Shown: positions 1-10,467, numbered from the stretch's first letter. The stretch: 64,000 bases of DNA from Candidatus Poribacteria bacterium (GCA_964291315.2 OZ219752.1:192001-256000); one strand, 5' to 3'. The notes: generated by a model from the letters alone, not told the origin. Numbers and translations: made by a program.

Positions 1-124
1 AAAGAATGAGACTTTGATGTATTTTACCAAGACTTGAACTTCATGTCAACGCTTTTTTCATAGTAACTCATCTCCCTAAACACATTCTAGCAAGGTCTGA
101 GCATCAGCGGGGACACACAGCGAA

Positions 125-541
125 TCAATAGCGAGGTTCAAAACCGGCCTCCAAGAGCTGATTGACAAACAATTCGACACTTTTATCTAAAATCTCCAGA
201 TTTGTTTCACCATGCTCTAATGCCACAGCACGTAATGTTGCTTTCACCTGTTTAAAAAACGCATGCTGTTCATCGGCTGACAACGAATTCAAATAGTCTA
301 CAATGTGAGGGATATGTAGCATTACAGCCGCAGAGTGTTCTGCCAGAAATTTCTCGTGTTCTGCTGGTAACCCTTCCTTTTCTAGTACTCCCTCTTGTAC
401 CTTTGATTCCGATTCTTCTTCAACTATATCAAATAACTCTTGAATCGCTCTAGTTGTCCGGTACCAGTTAGCAGCTTGCCACGCCGTAATTGTTATAACA
501 AAAATGGAAAAAATAATGGTTACACGCCATCGTTTTGACAT
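125..541 (-). CDS. Hypothetical N-terminally membrane-anchored protein
   Basis: 138-aa ORF with a basic N-terminus and one TM helix (VTIIFSIFVITITAW); AAGGA RBS upstream. Confidence 0.7.
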   Translation of the reverse strand: MSKRWRVTIIFSIFVITITAWQAANWYRTTRAIQELFDIVEEESESKVQEGVLEKEGLPAEHEKFLAEHSAAVMLHIPHIVDYLNSLSADEQHAFFKQVKATLRAVALEHGETNLEILDKSVELFVNQLLEAGFEPRY

Positions 542-738
542 TTTCTATTTCCTTTGCTAAATTGCTATAAAAAAACTCAAGATGCCCGGACAGTTGGTTC
601 CACTGTGTTCCTCCGAAAATCACTCTTTCGGATAGACCTTAAAAGTATATTCCACGCCAATTTCTCGTGTCTTTTCGCTTTCTGTGTGGTGCATCAGCTC
701 ATATTGGAATTTCAGAAAGCCCATCAGTGCTGCACGAT

Positions 739-873
739 TCATATGATCATTAAGATGAGGAACACAAAGGCACACAAAAGTGTTGTTATTATAGTGAGGA
801 GCACAAAGGCACACAAAAGTGCTTTTATTATTCGTCTCAATTTTGAGGAGAGTTTTTTTTGATCGGAAAACAT
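739..873 (-). CDS. Small hydrophobic peptide (44 aa) with internal duplication; possibly a pseudogene fragment
   Basis: AAGGAG RBS then MFSDQKKLSSKLRRIIKALLCAFVLLTIITTLLCAFVFLILMII*; below the ORF-track cutoff. Confidence 0.4.
   Translation of the reverse strand: MFSDQKKLSSKLRRIIKALLCAFVLLTIITTLLCAFVFLILMII
756..821. repeat. 27-bp direct repeat with 39-bp period
   Basis: TGAGGAACACAAAGGCACACAAAAGTG (756-782) and TGAGGAGCACAAAGGCACACAAAAGTG (795-821). Confidence 0.85.
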
Positions 874-1031
874 AAAATGCTCCTTTATTAGATTATGGAG
901 GGGTGCTTTGAAAAACGTGAAAGACGGGTTATATTCTTAGCTGCCCTCAGTATGTACCTCATTGTGAAGTGGATGAGGTGTTTTTCGGCAGGTTTAGACA
1001 ATAGTGGGAATCCCGGGAAACAGGTGGCCGG

Positions 1032-1724
1032 CTAACGCACTTGAACACGACGCTCTCTGTTATATTCCCAGACAGGTTCTTTCATTTTTCCAGCTCTGAC
1101 ATCCGCTCTGATTTTCCGAAGACGTTGGAGATATCTCCGGGTGCCTTCGCGCGGAAAAAGGTAGAGCGCAGCCTCAATGCCCGCTATCCGCTCATCTAAT
1201 GTGAGAGGGATATGTTTCGCCATTTTCCGATTCATGTCCGTAAACAGATAAACTTCCGGGATGTCCCCAAACTGTTCAATCAGCTGGTTGTGTACAGCGT
1301 TCCATAAGGCATCAGGGTCCATCGTCTCAGGATTCGTTATGAGCGTGTCCTCATTTGCTGTTTTTTCCACATGTTCTTGATTCTGCCAGGGGTTAGTTTG
1401 TTCTCTGAGCTCGTTCGGGACAGGCTCTGTATCCTGTCGCCAATCGTAATTGTCCGGTGCACCTTGTTTTTTTTGCGCGATAGGTTTCCTTACTTCAAAA
1501 GAGCTCTCTTGGAGTTTCTCCGGGGTGAGTTTTGTTTCGGTTTGCTCATCAGCGGAAGAAGAGATAGTGATGTGCTGCTGCACTTTTGATGGATCCCGGA
1601 GAGGTTGTTTGGCCACGGGCGACAAATTGTTGGTAAAGTTATTTTTATTAACTTCGGAAAAGATAACCCATCCGATACATAATAACACAAGGACACCTAT
1701 AAGGAGTAAAGGCACTATACGCAT
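1032..1724 (-). CDS. Membrane-anchored hypothetical protein, FGDIPEV-motif family
   Basis: N-terminal TM helix, low-complexity linker, C-terminal helical domain QLIEQFGDIPEV...LFP shared with 8146..8832. Confidence 0.8.
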   Translation of the reverse strand: MRIVPLLLIGVLVLLCIGWVIFSEVNKNNFTNNLSPVAKQPLRDPSKVQQHITISSSADEQTETKLTPEKLQESSFEVRKPIAQKKQGAPDNYDWRQDTEPVPNELREQTNPWQNQEHVEKTANEDTLITNPETMDPDALWNAVHNQLIEQFGDIPEVYLFTDMNRKMAKHIPLTLDERIAGIEAALYLFPREGTRRYLQRLRKIRADVRAGKMKEPVWEYNRERRVQVR

Positions 1725-1802
1725 TTTAATCTCCTATTTTTCCTTCACGCTTGTGTGGAGGCCACCTCTACGGAGACCTCCACATAAGAAGTGTTGAAAT
1801 GA

Positions 1803-2005
1803 TTAACAGGAACAATTCCCACTTGTATAGGCAACTTCATTGCAATCTTTGTACTTTGTGGCTGGATGGTCATGGCAGGATCCTCCGCGGCGATGGGTGA
1901 TTATAATACCCTCGGCGCGCCTCACAAACTTTAGCTGCTGCCAATTACAAAACCACTTTATCAAAATAGACAAACATTGTCAATAAAAAACAACACTGTT
2001 TTCAC
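1803..2005 (-). pseudogene. Frameshifted small secreted Cys-containing peptide
   Basis: GAGGTG RBS and GTG start (MKTVLF...) are out of frame with the open C-terminal frame ...GGSCHDHPATKYKDCNEVAYTSGNCSC*. Confidence 0.4.
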
Positions 2006-2392
2006 GTTAGCACCTCAATATTACACAAATGTGCATTCTTTGTCAATTAAAAAAAATCTCAATTATAGAATTTAGACAGAAATTAGCAGATTTAGGGAAA
2101 TTTTTCAAAAAATGAATTGCTCATGTTTTCCGGAGTAGCAGATTCCCAACCTAGACATTCCAATCTCTCATGGTCTTAAGGCAGCCCAAAGAACTTTTCT
2201 AACGCCAGCTGGTTTTGGTTCGGAGACCGTCGGTAAGGTATTTATGAGCTAGTGAGGATTTCGCCAATGGCTTTTGGGGTTGCAGTGTGAGGAGAGTGCA
2301 TTGTAGGTTTGACGCTTGAACTCATCTTAACTGTTATTTCTACTATAGTTTCGTATTTATGTTAACGGATTGTGGAAGAATTTCGAGTATAT

Positions 2393-3028
2393 TTAGGTCC
2401 CGTCAAGAATCTGATCATAGACAAAATCCAACCATTCGTTCTGTGGTGATATAATATTGGGTTTCGGTGAAAGCGGGGTCCAATACGGATTGAAAATATG
2501 TCCCCTATCGCTCACTAATTCCCATGCGTTCTTTGTCTTGTCCTGTGTGGTTAAATGGAAAAAATGTCTTTTCTTCCGTGTACTCACTTTTTCATTCGGT
2601 ACCCATCCGGTGATGTTATAGCAAATACATGTAGGGTTAGGATGCTTGTCGTATTGGATATATGAGAGATAGGTGAAGTCGTCTTGTGTAGCATGGTAAT
2701 CAACGGTCAGTCCTCTGTTCAGCTTCTTTGCGTAGGGTATTGCGTTTAAATTGGGCTCGATGTAAACTTGGGTTGTCTCTGCTATTATTCTTTCAGCGCT
2801 TTCCAATTCATTCTCAATACAACCGAGATATCCTTCAATGTCTATAAAACGTAGACCTGTTTCTTCGTATACTTCTCGCCTCACAGCAGTTTCAACGTCT
2901 TCACAGTCCTCAACTGTCCCAGCGGGGATTTGGATGCCCGCAGTCGGATGCTTAAAGACAAGTAATTCCCTGACTCCACTGTCTTCACGTATTATAAACG
3001 CTGTAACTTTTTGGACAACATTATTCAT
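2393..3028 (-). CDS. NUDIX hydrolase
   Basis: Nudix box PAGTVEDCEDVETAVRREVYEETGL. Confidence 0.9.
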   Translation of the reverse strand: MNNVVQKVTAFIIREDSGVRELLVFKHPTAGIQIPAGTVEDCEDVETAVRREVYEETGLRFIDIEGYLGCIENELESAERIIAETTQVYIEPNLNAIPYAKKLNRGLTVDYHATQDDFTYLSYIQYDKHPNPTCICYNITGWVPNEKVSTRKKRHFFHLTTQDKTKNAWELVSDRGHIFNPYWTPLSPKPNIISPQNEWLDFVYDQILDGT

Positions 3029-3256
3029 ATATATTTTTCTCTGAATTTTTATAGCAAAACTTTATTGGTCGAAAGCGTTTGCGATCTGTTTTTGATGAGC
3101 TGGACATGCCCACATACGTAAGTTGATTTACAAAATCATCTGAGGCAATTTTGCTGTAGAATCTCTCATTACCTTCATAATCTACCCAATAATAGATGAT
3201 CTCCGGTTATCTTCAGGAGAACTGCGTAGAAGTTTCAAGAACACTTAGGAACTGTT

Positions 3257-4234
3257 TCATCTTAATTCTCGGAATAGGAGTAACTGAACGGAATCGTGTT
3301 GGGCTGGGCTCGAAGGATTTCTCTTTTCCCAAACGTAGGTATCAATGCAACGTGCGACGTACTCAGCTTGTTTTACAGGAACAGCGTTTCCAATCATTTG
3401 CTCTAAATCAGTTTTCGAGCCAGTAAAACGAAAGTTTTTTGGAAACGTTTGGAGATAACTTCGTTCTAAAGTTGTAAGCGGCCGTACCCCTGCTGCAATC
3501 GGGGCGGTGTCCTTTGGATGCACTTTGTAAGTCTTCGGGATTGGACGGTTAACCCCTCTCACCGTTGGACTCGGTTCATCAATACTAAAAACAGCGCGGC
3601 GACTATAGTTACGGGGGTGTCGATAATAGTGCGTGATGCCAAGGCTATCTCCGAAGTAATCGCGGACTGTTATCGGGTCGTTGATCAGGTTGTTATCCAA
3701 GTAGCTTGCAAGGGATCTGCTATCTACAGAGATAGATAATCCTAACTCACCGATAAGAAAAAGTCGTTTCCGTTTTTGGGGAACACCACATTGATTTGCT
3801 TCCAAAATCCGCTGGGTTAGCGAATAGCCCGCCTCTATGAAAATCTCACTTGCCTGCCTATATCGCTGGCTTTTCACAGCCCTATCCACATTTTCCATCA
3901 CAAACCATTGAGGTTTTGTATGCGCGACAATCTGCGCAAAATTTACAGTCAGATCCGCCCTTCCTAAGCTCTCATCCCGTTTACCTGCTTGCGAAAAATC
4001 CTGACATGGAGGACCTCCAATAATCATGTCAAACTGATGTCCGTTTAATATCGTTAGACTTTCCCGCCAATTGCTGAGATCAAGTCTGTGTATATCATGC
4101 GCAAAATTGGTACGATAAACCTGAACTGCTGGTTCCCAATCATCAAAAGCGGCAACCGCTTCAAAACCAGCGTTTTGAAATCCGAGTGTCATGCCGCCAC
4201 ATCCGGCAAAGAGATCAACAAATTTCAGAGACAT
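3257..4234 (-). CDS. DNA (cytosine-5)-methyltransferase of a type II R-M system
   Basis: Motifs DLFAGCGG, GGPPCQDFS, MENV, Q-R-R and IGNAVP. Confidence 0.95.
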   Translation of the reverse strand: MSLKFVDLFAGCGGMTLGFQNAGFEAVAAFDDWEPAVQVYRTNFAHDIHRLDLSNWRESLTILNGHQFDMIIGGPPCQDFSQAGKRDESLGRADLTVNFAQIVAHTKPQWFVMENVDRAVKSQRYRQASEIFIEAGYSLTQRILEANQCGVPQKRKRLFLIGELGLSISVDSRSLASYLDNNLINDPITVRDYFGDSLGITHYYRHPRNYSRRAVFSIDEPSPTVRGVNRPIPKTYKVHPKDTAPIAAGVRPLTTLERSYLQTFPKNFRFTGSKTDLEQMIGNAVPVKQAEYVARCIDTYVWEKRNPSSPAQHDSVQLLLFRELR

Positions 4235-4249
4235 TTATACTCCTATTTT

Positions 4250-5344
4250 CTATCTGAAAAGATCTGGAGAATTGGCAAGAATAGCATCAAATCGCCTCTC
4301 TGGACTCAGGAACTTCTCGCCTTCTCCCAAGATAATATTTTTGATTTCAGTTTTCTTGATTCTTGGATGTAGAAGTTCATTGCAGAACATATAAGAGTGA
4401 GTTTTCCTTCCACTCAAAGCAAAGGCTTTGTCTGTTTGTCTGGCAAACCCGACACTAACAGTCTGTGGGTCAATTCTCCCATCCACGGCAAAGTCCGAAA
4501 GCATTTTCACAATCCACAAAACCGCCCGCTTTGCCCTTGAGAATTCATTAGAACGCCCCTGTTCAACCGAATCCAGAAGCAACTTTGCAAAAGCGAACGT
4601 ACTCCAGATGAAAACATCTAAGCAGTTTTCATGAAGTTGAGAGGATTTTCCAATAGTTTTCCAAATAGGTTGTATAACCAGTGGAATTTGATTGTCCATT
4701 TTCGTAAGTAATAAAGATTGGATAATATGGATAATATGAGGCATTTTTTTTAATATGCTGTCTTCTGATTTCCAATCAAAGTCGCTTCGAAAAATAGGTT
4801 GTAGAATCTCTGAAAGTTCGTTCTGATGCTCGGCGTATTCAGTCACAATCTCAAGTGTAAAATGAATAATGGTGTTCGGGCGCACTACAAGTTCACAGCC
4901 GTACTGCTCTTCAGAAAGGTTGCAAGTTGAATTATCAGGTAAGGCTGTCAACTTAATCTCCAACGCACGTAACCAAGGATTTTCAGAATTAGAATTATCC
5001 ATCACTACTAAGTCAATGCGTGGTAAGGTCCCTTTGACAAATTGCTGCTTCTGTCCATAAGTATACTCAAAAGCAAAGTAAACGTTTTCAGCATCATACG
5101 CCCCACCAAAGATTGAATTGACACTAATCTTCTTAGCAACAACATCTGAATTTTTATCTAAAACCAAGTAAACAGGGGCAATATTTTGGCTTTGCATGTA
5201 ACATAATAGTGAGATAGGGAAACAGTTATTAAAGCTATTTTTTCCCCATGCTTTTGCCTGCCTAAAGTCCTTATTTGTATTAGATTGGTTTAGCCCAAAC
5301 AAAGTGGGGGTATTAATTGATGCAGACTTCATTGAGTTGACCAT
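4250..5344 (-). CDS. Type II restriction endonuclease, HindVP-like family
   Basis: WGKNSFNNCFP, IDLVV...LEIKLTALPD (PD-(D/E)XK) and LSPERRFDA; adjacent to the C5 MTase. Confidence 0.85.
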   Translation of the reverse strand: MVNSMKSASINTPTLFGLNQSNTNKDFRQAKAWGKNSFNNCFPISLLCYMQSQNIAPVYLVLDKNSDVVAKKISVNSIFGGAYDAENVYFAFEYTYGQKQQFVKGTLPRIDLVVMDNSNSENPWLRALEIKLTALPDNSTCNLSEEQYGCELVVRPNTIIHFTLEIVTEYAEHQNELSEILQPIFRSDFDWKSEDSILKKMPHIIHIIQSLLLTKMDNQIPLVIQPIWKTIGKSSQLHENCLDVFIWSTFAFAKLLLDSVEQGRSNEFSRAKRAVLWIVKMLSDFAVDGRIDPQTVSVGFARQTDKAFALSGRKTHSYMFCNELLHPRIKKTEIKNIILGEGEKFLSPERRFDAILANSPDLFR

Positions 5345-5737
5345 TATTCTCGGTAGAAAATCAATAAAAGCGACTTACTCGGTTATTCCGTGATTGTAGA
5401 TATCTATTGTGAAAGTACTAATGTCCTTCACCAGACTTTAGCCAGGTGGAACTGATCTGCCGCACATTCATAGAAAAACTCTTCACCTCTTCACTGATTG
5501 AAAGAAATAAAATACTATTATAGATGCAGGCAACGGCGTACTGCCGCGAGGACATTGGGTGGAAAGAGATAGATCTTCGCCTGCATCCCAGAACGACGGA
5601 GAACTTACCGCGGCTATTTGGAAGAAAATTAGTGTGGTAAGAAACTACTTGGGCACAGCTGCTGTCTATAATCATGAATCGACTGTGCAGTATAAATACC
5701 TGCTGCATATTGGGCGGTAGTGTTCGGCTCTGCCCTT

Positions 5738-7297
5738 CTATTCATAGATATTCTTCATCTGCCAAGCGTCTAGCGATTTGAGCTCACAAGCTTGTCCTTG
5801 TGAACGCAACGACACTCCCACGCTATCTTCTCTTTCCGGATAAACGCGCACGGCAACGCACTGCTTTCCATTAGCAAAAACTTCCACGACGCTCTTGTCA
5901 ACAAAAACCCGCAATTTGAGGGTTTCGCCTTGGGCGATAGAGACCGGTCCAGTCTCAGGGGCACGCGAAAGTACATCCGGTGCAATCGACGAATATGACG
6001 AATCAACTGTCAGGAGGCTATCGCGAACACGATTGGCTCTATCCGGGTTGCGCAGCCCCCGTTCTCTGAAGAAAGCGATGCGAGTGAACTCCTCTTTCTG
6101 TGGTGAACGGAGAACGTTCAGTTCAACCATAGGAGCCGACTTTGGATCGATGTCGAGTTCGAGTTCTATCGCGTTTCCGGATACACCGTCCAGTAGAACT
6201 TCCTCGTTTGCGGGTAAAACCATCGAATTGACACGCTGATGCGCATACCGCAATGACTCAATGTCCCCGGCGGGTTCAACTCCGACTTCATCTTTGGAGA
6301 GCAGCGTCAGGCGGCGCGGCAGCGTCATAATTTGGTTCCAGCCTTTGGTAGGTTTCGCTGGATTCATATTATAGATAGCGATAAGTCCGCCTTTGCCATC
6401 GGGTGTTGCTGAAGGTGCGTGGACACCAGCAGGAGATGCCGCCCCAAAATTGTTCTTCGCTCCTGTGGTCACCACGAACTTATCGCGTTCAGTGTCATAA
6501 TCACCCAGCAGGTACTGCCCCCCGCTCATGTGGCTGAAGAAGAGAAGCATGTGGCGATCACCGATGGGCCAGAAATAGGGACAGGCACCATCATCGCCAA
6601 CTAACGTGAACTGATCATCTTCAACGAACGGATGTAGATAAACCCAATTCGCGAGATCGGCTGAGCGGAGCAAGAAGTTAGCGCGGATACGTTTGCCGCC
6701 GGGTCCGTGGGGGAGCGTGCCTCCGGAAAGCGAGTAGTACATACCGTCTTTCTTCCAAATACACGGATCAAAAACACGATAAACCGGTGTTGTGCCATCC
6801 GCATGTTTCGCCGGAATGACCGCTTTGCCGGAGACCTTCTCCCAATTGAGAAGAAGTGGGTCGCTAGACACGGCTACCATGTTCCCGACGACTGTTCCAT
6901 GGTACATCGCAATCACACGATCTTCTTCTACAAGTGTTGCCCCGGAGAAGCAGCATCTTTCAGGGTTCGGATAGATCGCATAAGGGAGGTCTCGCCAATG
7001 TATGAGGTCATCGCTGATCGCGTGCCCCCAATGCTGTCGTGTATCTTCGGGCGGATATGCCTGATAAAAAAGATGCCAGCGTCCCTGCCAGAAACAGAGA
7101 CCGTTCGGGTCGTTGAGCATCGCTTCAGGATTAATATAGTGATAGATAGGACGATGCGGATCGCCTTCGTATGCCTGTCGCGAAGCAATAAGCCTCTGCA
7201 TCAGTGGATTCGTTTCCAACTGTGCTAATTGTTCTTCCAATGTCTCCGCGAATGTGTAATGTGGTACAAGCGAAGTGTAGTCTTCGTTAGCCATCAT
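5738..7297 (-). CDS. Glycoside hydrolase family 32 (beta-fructofuranosidase-like)
   Basis: NDPNG, HLFYQ, HWGHA, FSG, FDP and C-terminal LRVFVDKSVVEVF beta-sandwich. Confidence 0.9.
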   Translation of the reverse strand: MMANEDYTSLVPHYTFAETLEEQLAQLETNPLMQRLIASRQAYEGDPHRPIYHYINPEAMLNDPNGLCFWQGRWHLFYQAYPPEDTRQHWGHAISDDLIHWRDLPYAIYPNPERCCFSGATLVEEDRVIAMYHGTVVGNMVAVSSDPLLLNWEKVSGKAVIPAKHADGTTPVYRVFDPCIWKKDGMYYSLSGGTLPHGPGGKRIRANFLLRSADLANWVYLHPFVEDDQFTLVGDDGACPYFWPIGDRHMLLFFSHMSGGQYLLGDYDTERDKFVVTTGAKNNFGAASPAGVHAPSATPDGKGGLIAIYNMNPAKPTKGWNQIMTLPRRLTLLSKDEVGVEPAGDIESLRYAHQRVNSMVLPANEEVLLDGVSGNAIELELDIDPKSAPMVELNVLRSPQKEEFTRIAFFRERGLRNPDRANRVRDSLLTVDSSYSSIAPDVLSRAPETGPVSIAQGETLKLRVFVDKSVVEVFANGKQCVAVRVYPEREDSVGVSLRSQGQACELKSLDAWQMKNIYE

Positions 7298-7808
7298 AGC
7301 TCCTCTGTCATGCGGTTTCTATGAAATTCTGTGGTTTTTAGGATAGCACAATGCGGATCGCGTGTCCATACAATTCTGATGGTGCAACATCTGGTTAACA
7401 GTTAGCGATGAGGACAGGTTTTTAAGAAATTTACAATAATTTCTAATGAAAAACAAAAATTCGCAAATTAGGTGTTAACTTTTACAGTTTTATGTCTATA
7501 CTATATAATATGTTAATATCAAATGGAAGTCTGCCGCACTCAGCAAGCGCCTCCGCTTCGTCGTTAACCCTAACCCGTTACGATGCTTTGCTTGTCGAAC
7601 ACATTCAGTCCGAGCGATTGATTTTGTGTCGAGTGCAAGAAACATTTGACATTATGCATTATTTGCTATAAAATAGCGTGAGTTTGAAAAAAGGTTAGAG
7701 GCCCAAATAAAGGGATCAGTAACTCCGTTGTGTGCAAGAAGATCAAAAGGTTAGTCTTGCTTATACTCATGGTTTTTGTTCATGGAAAGATGAGCCATAT
7801 ATTTATCA

Positions 7809-7852
7809 AGCTCTCGTTAATATGTATTATAGCTCTCGTTAATATGTATTAT
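7809..7852. repeat. Perfect 22-bp tandem duplication
   Basis: AGCTCTCGTTAATATGTATTAT x2. Confidence 0.9.
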
Positions 7853-8145
7853 AATAATGATCAAATATCAAGCCTTGAAACTGCATGTTGATCACCTTGG
7901 CAAACTTCGTTTTATCTAGATAACCTAGATGAAGAAGATTCTGTTAATCCGAAGGTCGAGTATCAATATATTAGCTGAAACGATGACGCATCCGGAGTCA
8001 TTTCAGCATGGTCCGGTTGAACAGACCACGTCTTACAACTACATCTATGTGACAAGTCAGTATTATTCATCTAATTGATGTTGGTGCGGGGCGCTGCGTC
8101 AAACACCAATATCATTTGTATGTACGGGAAATTAGGAGGAAACCC

Positions 8146-8832
8146 ATGAAGAAAGTTGTTTTTACGATCCTCGCTGCGGCTTTGTTCGTCTTGGCTTGGA
8201 CGTTCTACATCAAGTATGATACACACCGCTTTCTGGCGAACCTCTCGGAGGTTCCACCTCATCAGGAATCGGTTGCTATCAGCGATGCCACTCTAATCGC
8301 TGAAGCCCCCAAACCGACACGGAAAGCGGCGAATGCTTCACCCGTTTCGCCACGTGTCGTGCAAACGCCTGCCTCGACCGATGATCTCAAGGAGATGTCC
8401 GCTGGCGCTGCACCTGTTTTGCCACTGAGAGTTTCCAAATCGACAGGCATCGATGAAACCTCTCGTAGCAAGGATGTTGAGAAGGAAGCTGCGGTGAGCA
8501 GCGTGGATTCGGGTATGCCCCCGGGTTTTAAGAAACTTTGTGAGAGCTGCTCTGCCTCACGTCAAAATTGGCGCTCGCTTTCAAAGGATCAGCTCCATGA
8601 GTACAGACGTCAGGACCTGATAAAACGTTTTGGGGATATTCCAGAAGTCCACATCTTTATGGATACCGGCAAGCGCATGCAGGAAGGATCTGTCTCTCCG
8701 GAGACAGCGCTTGAGTTTGCAGAAGCGGTTGCAACGTTGTTCCCGAATCCCGCCAATGAGATACCCGTTAAAGAACTTCGGGAGCTCCTGGCAAAACAGC
8801 GAAGAACGTCAGCAGATCCGAAAGAACATTAG
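8146..8832 (+). CDS. Membrane-anchored hypothetical protein, FGDIPEV-motif family
   Basis: AGGAGG RBS before MKKVVF; TM helix; QDLIKRFGDIPEVHIF...LFP domain. Confidence 0.8.
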   Translation: MKKVVFTILAAALFVLAWTFYIKYDTHRFLANLSEVPPHQESVAISDATLIAEAPKPTRKAANASPVSPRVVQTPASTDDLKEMSAGAAPVLPLRVSKSTGIDETSRSKDVEKEAAVSSVDSGMPPGFKKLCESCSASRQNWRSLSKDQLHEYRRQDLIKRFGDIPEVHIFMDTGKRMQEGSVSPETALEFAEAVATLFPNPANEIPVKELRELLAKQRRTSADPKEH

Positions 8833-8837
8833 AAGAG

Positions 8838-8861
8838 GCACAGACTAACAGTCTATGCTAC
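8838..8861 (-). repeat. REP-like palindrome (GTAGCATAGACT-GTT-AGTCTGTGC)
   Basis: Member of a dispersed 24-bp GTAG-led imperfect palindrome family. Confidence 0.75.
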
Positions 8862-8942
8862 GAAAGAACGAATAAATCTTTTTCAAACTTCAGTTTCTCT
8901 TATTTCCCATTTTTCCATCAACCTTATAGGAAAGGTGATCTT

Positions 8943-9713
8943 ATGTTACGGAATATTTTCTTAAATAGAATATACATTGCGGGTGTCGTTTTCTTTGGTG
9001 TACTTGTTGGGAGTAGTCTTCTTTATAGTTGGCATATCAAACGCGATGTCGGAGAGATCAAAGCAATCCGACTTCTGCGACAAATTGAAAACAGCAAGCA
9101 GGAAGGACCGTCAACAGAGACTTCCCAACTCACCGAACAAACAGGGGTTTTAGAAAACAGTGAGGTATCTGTAGAACAGCGAAATACCCCTCAATCTCCG
9201 AACGCGTTACCAGATAACGTCTCCAAACCCAACGCTGCGCCTGCAGTAGAAATTTTAGCAGAAACATCTGTGGAAATCGAGGCTGAGGCAGAAACCGCAG
9301 AGAAAGCACTCTCCATTGAAGAATTAGGGCGACAAAAACTCTTACAGCAACGGGCATCTATCCACGAACAGCTCAAAACACTTTTACCTGGCGGACGTAC
9401 CGTTCACAGTTCTGATGACCGCCAAACTGTCCTTCAGGGACTCGCCCTGATAAAACAGTTAGCTCAGATTGATGAGGCACTCAATGGATACACCGATCAC
9501 AATCGCCTCCGAGCAATTGACCGGGCGATAACTAACACGAAACGTTTAAACGCAAAGGGTCAACTACCTGTTAGTGCCGCTGAAAAGATAGCTGATTCTT
9601 TTCAAAAAGAAGGTAAATTTGAAGCAGCCAATAGAATGCGTTTAGTAATACAAAACGCACGGGAAAATGGAGACGCTGTTATAAAACCTGAGCATCTGAC
9701 GGTTTTTCAGTAA
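8943..9713 (+). CDS. Membrane-anchored hypothetical protein
   Basis: 256-aa ORF with N-terminal TM helix, P/E/Q-rich linker and helical C-terminal domain. Confidence 0.75.
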   Translation: MLRNIFLNRIYIAGVVFFGVLVGSSLLYSWHIKRDVGEIKAIRLLRQIENSKQEGPSTETSQLTEQTGVLENSEVSVEQRNTPQSPNALPDNVSKPNAAPAVEILAETSVEIEAEAETAEKALSIEELGRQKLLQQRASIHEQLKTLLPGGRTVHSSDDRQTVLQGLALIKQLAQIDEALNGYTDHNRLRAIDRAITNTKRLNAKGQLPVSAAEKIADSFQKEGKFEAANRMRLVIQNARENGDAVIKPEHLTVFQ

Positions 9714-9740
9714 AACAGTAACTCTATTGATGAGGTCAAA

Positions 9741-10037
9741 ATGAAAATGACAAAGTTGTTATACAGCATCGGTATCATTGTTGTTTTTGGTATTGTTATT
9801 GGTTTTGTCAGCTCTACGTTTCCGACACTTACACCGACACAACAAGGAATTACAGAGTGGAATACACCTTCTGAGCCGAAGACCACTCCTCAAGGAACAG
9901 ATAGAATTGCAACTGTCCAGAAACTAGAAGGTTGCGGCTGTTGTGCAGAACGTCGCGCTCGTTTAAAAAAACATCGTCGACTCGCGCGGACTCGCAAACT
10001 CACTGAAGAAAAAGTTATCAAGACTGTATCACGCTAA
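9741..10037 (+). CDS. Small anchored protein with CGCC motif and basic tail
   Basis: GAGG RBS; TM helix; EGCGCCAERRARL. Confidence 0.7.
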   Translation: MKMTKLLYSIGIIVVFGIVIGFVSSTFPTLTPTQQGITEWNTPSEPKTTPQGTDRIATVQKLEGCGCCAERRARLKKHRRLARTRKLTEEKVIKTVSR

Positions 10038-10147
10038 TTTGAATAGCATTCTTTTGAGCGTTTCTGAGTTTCAAGCGTTACGCTCAAGTCTCTAACACAC
10101 TGTTACTTTCATAATATGATAAAATCTCAAGAAAGGAGAATTTTCTT

Positions 10148-10372
10148 ATGTTCAACCACAACACTTTCGTCGTCATTTTGACGATCCTTGCACTCTGCGT
10201 TGTAGTTTTCGTCCCAACTTCCACGAGCCACATTAAGATAACTGGGAGCACATGCTTTTGCCTTCCTCCTGGAGCATCACTTACATACGATGAGGGATGT
10301 TGGACGCTTTCTGATTGTGAAATCTTCTACTGTATTACTATCTCAACCTGTCATACACATTCTTCATCCTAA
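10148..10372 (+). CDS. Secreted Cys-rich peptide
   Basis: AAGGAG RBS; signal peptide; 6 Cys in the ~47-aa mature part. Confidence 0.65.
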   Translation: MFNHNTFVVILTILALCVVVFVPTSTSHIKITGSTCFCLPPGASLTYDEGCWTLSDCEIFYCITISTCHTHSSS

Positions 10373-10467
10373 AGATCATCCAAGTTTCTAAATTTGCCTA
10401 ACAAGTAGGGAAACTTGCAAAAAACGCTGTGCCTTTTGAAGGCGCAGCGTCGCTGCACTTATCATTT

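Noticed and set aside
7565-7580. TAACCCTAACCC telomere-like repeat
   Set aside because: Only two units; expected by chance.
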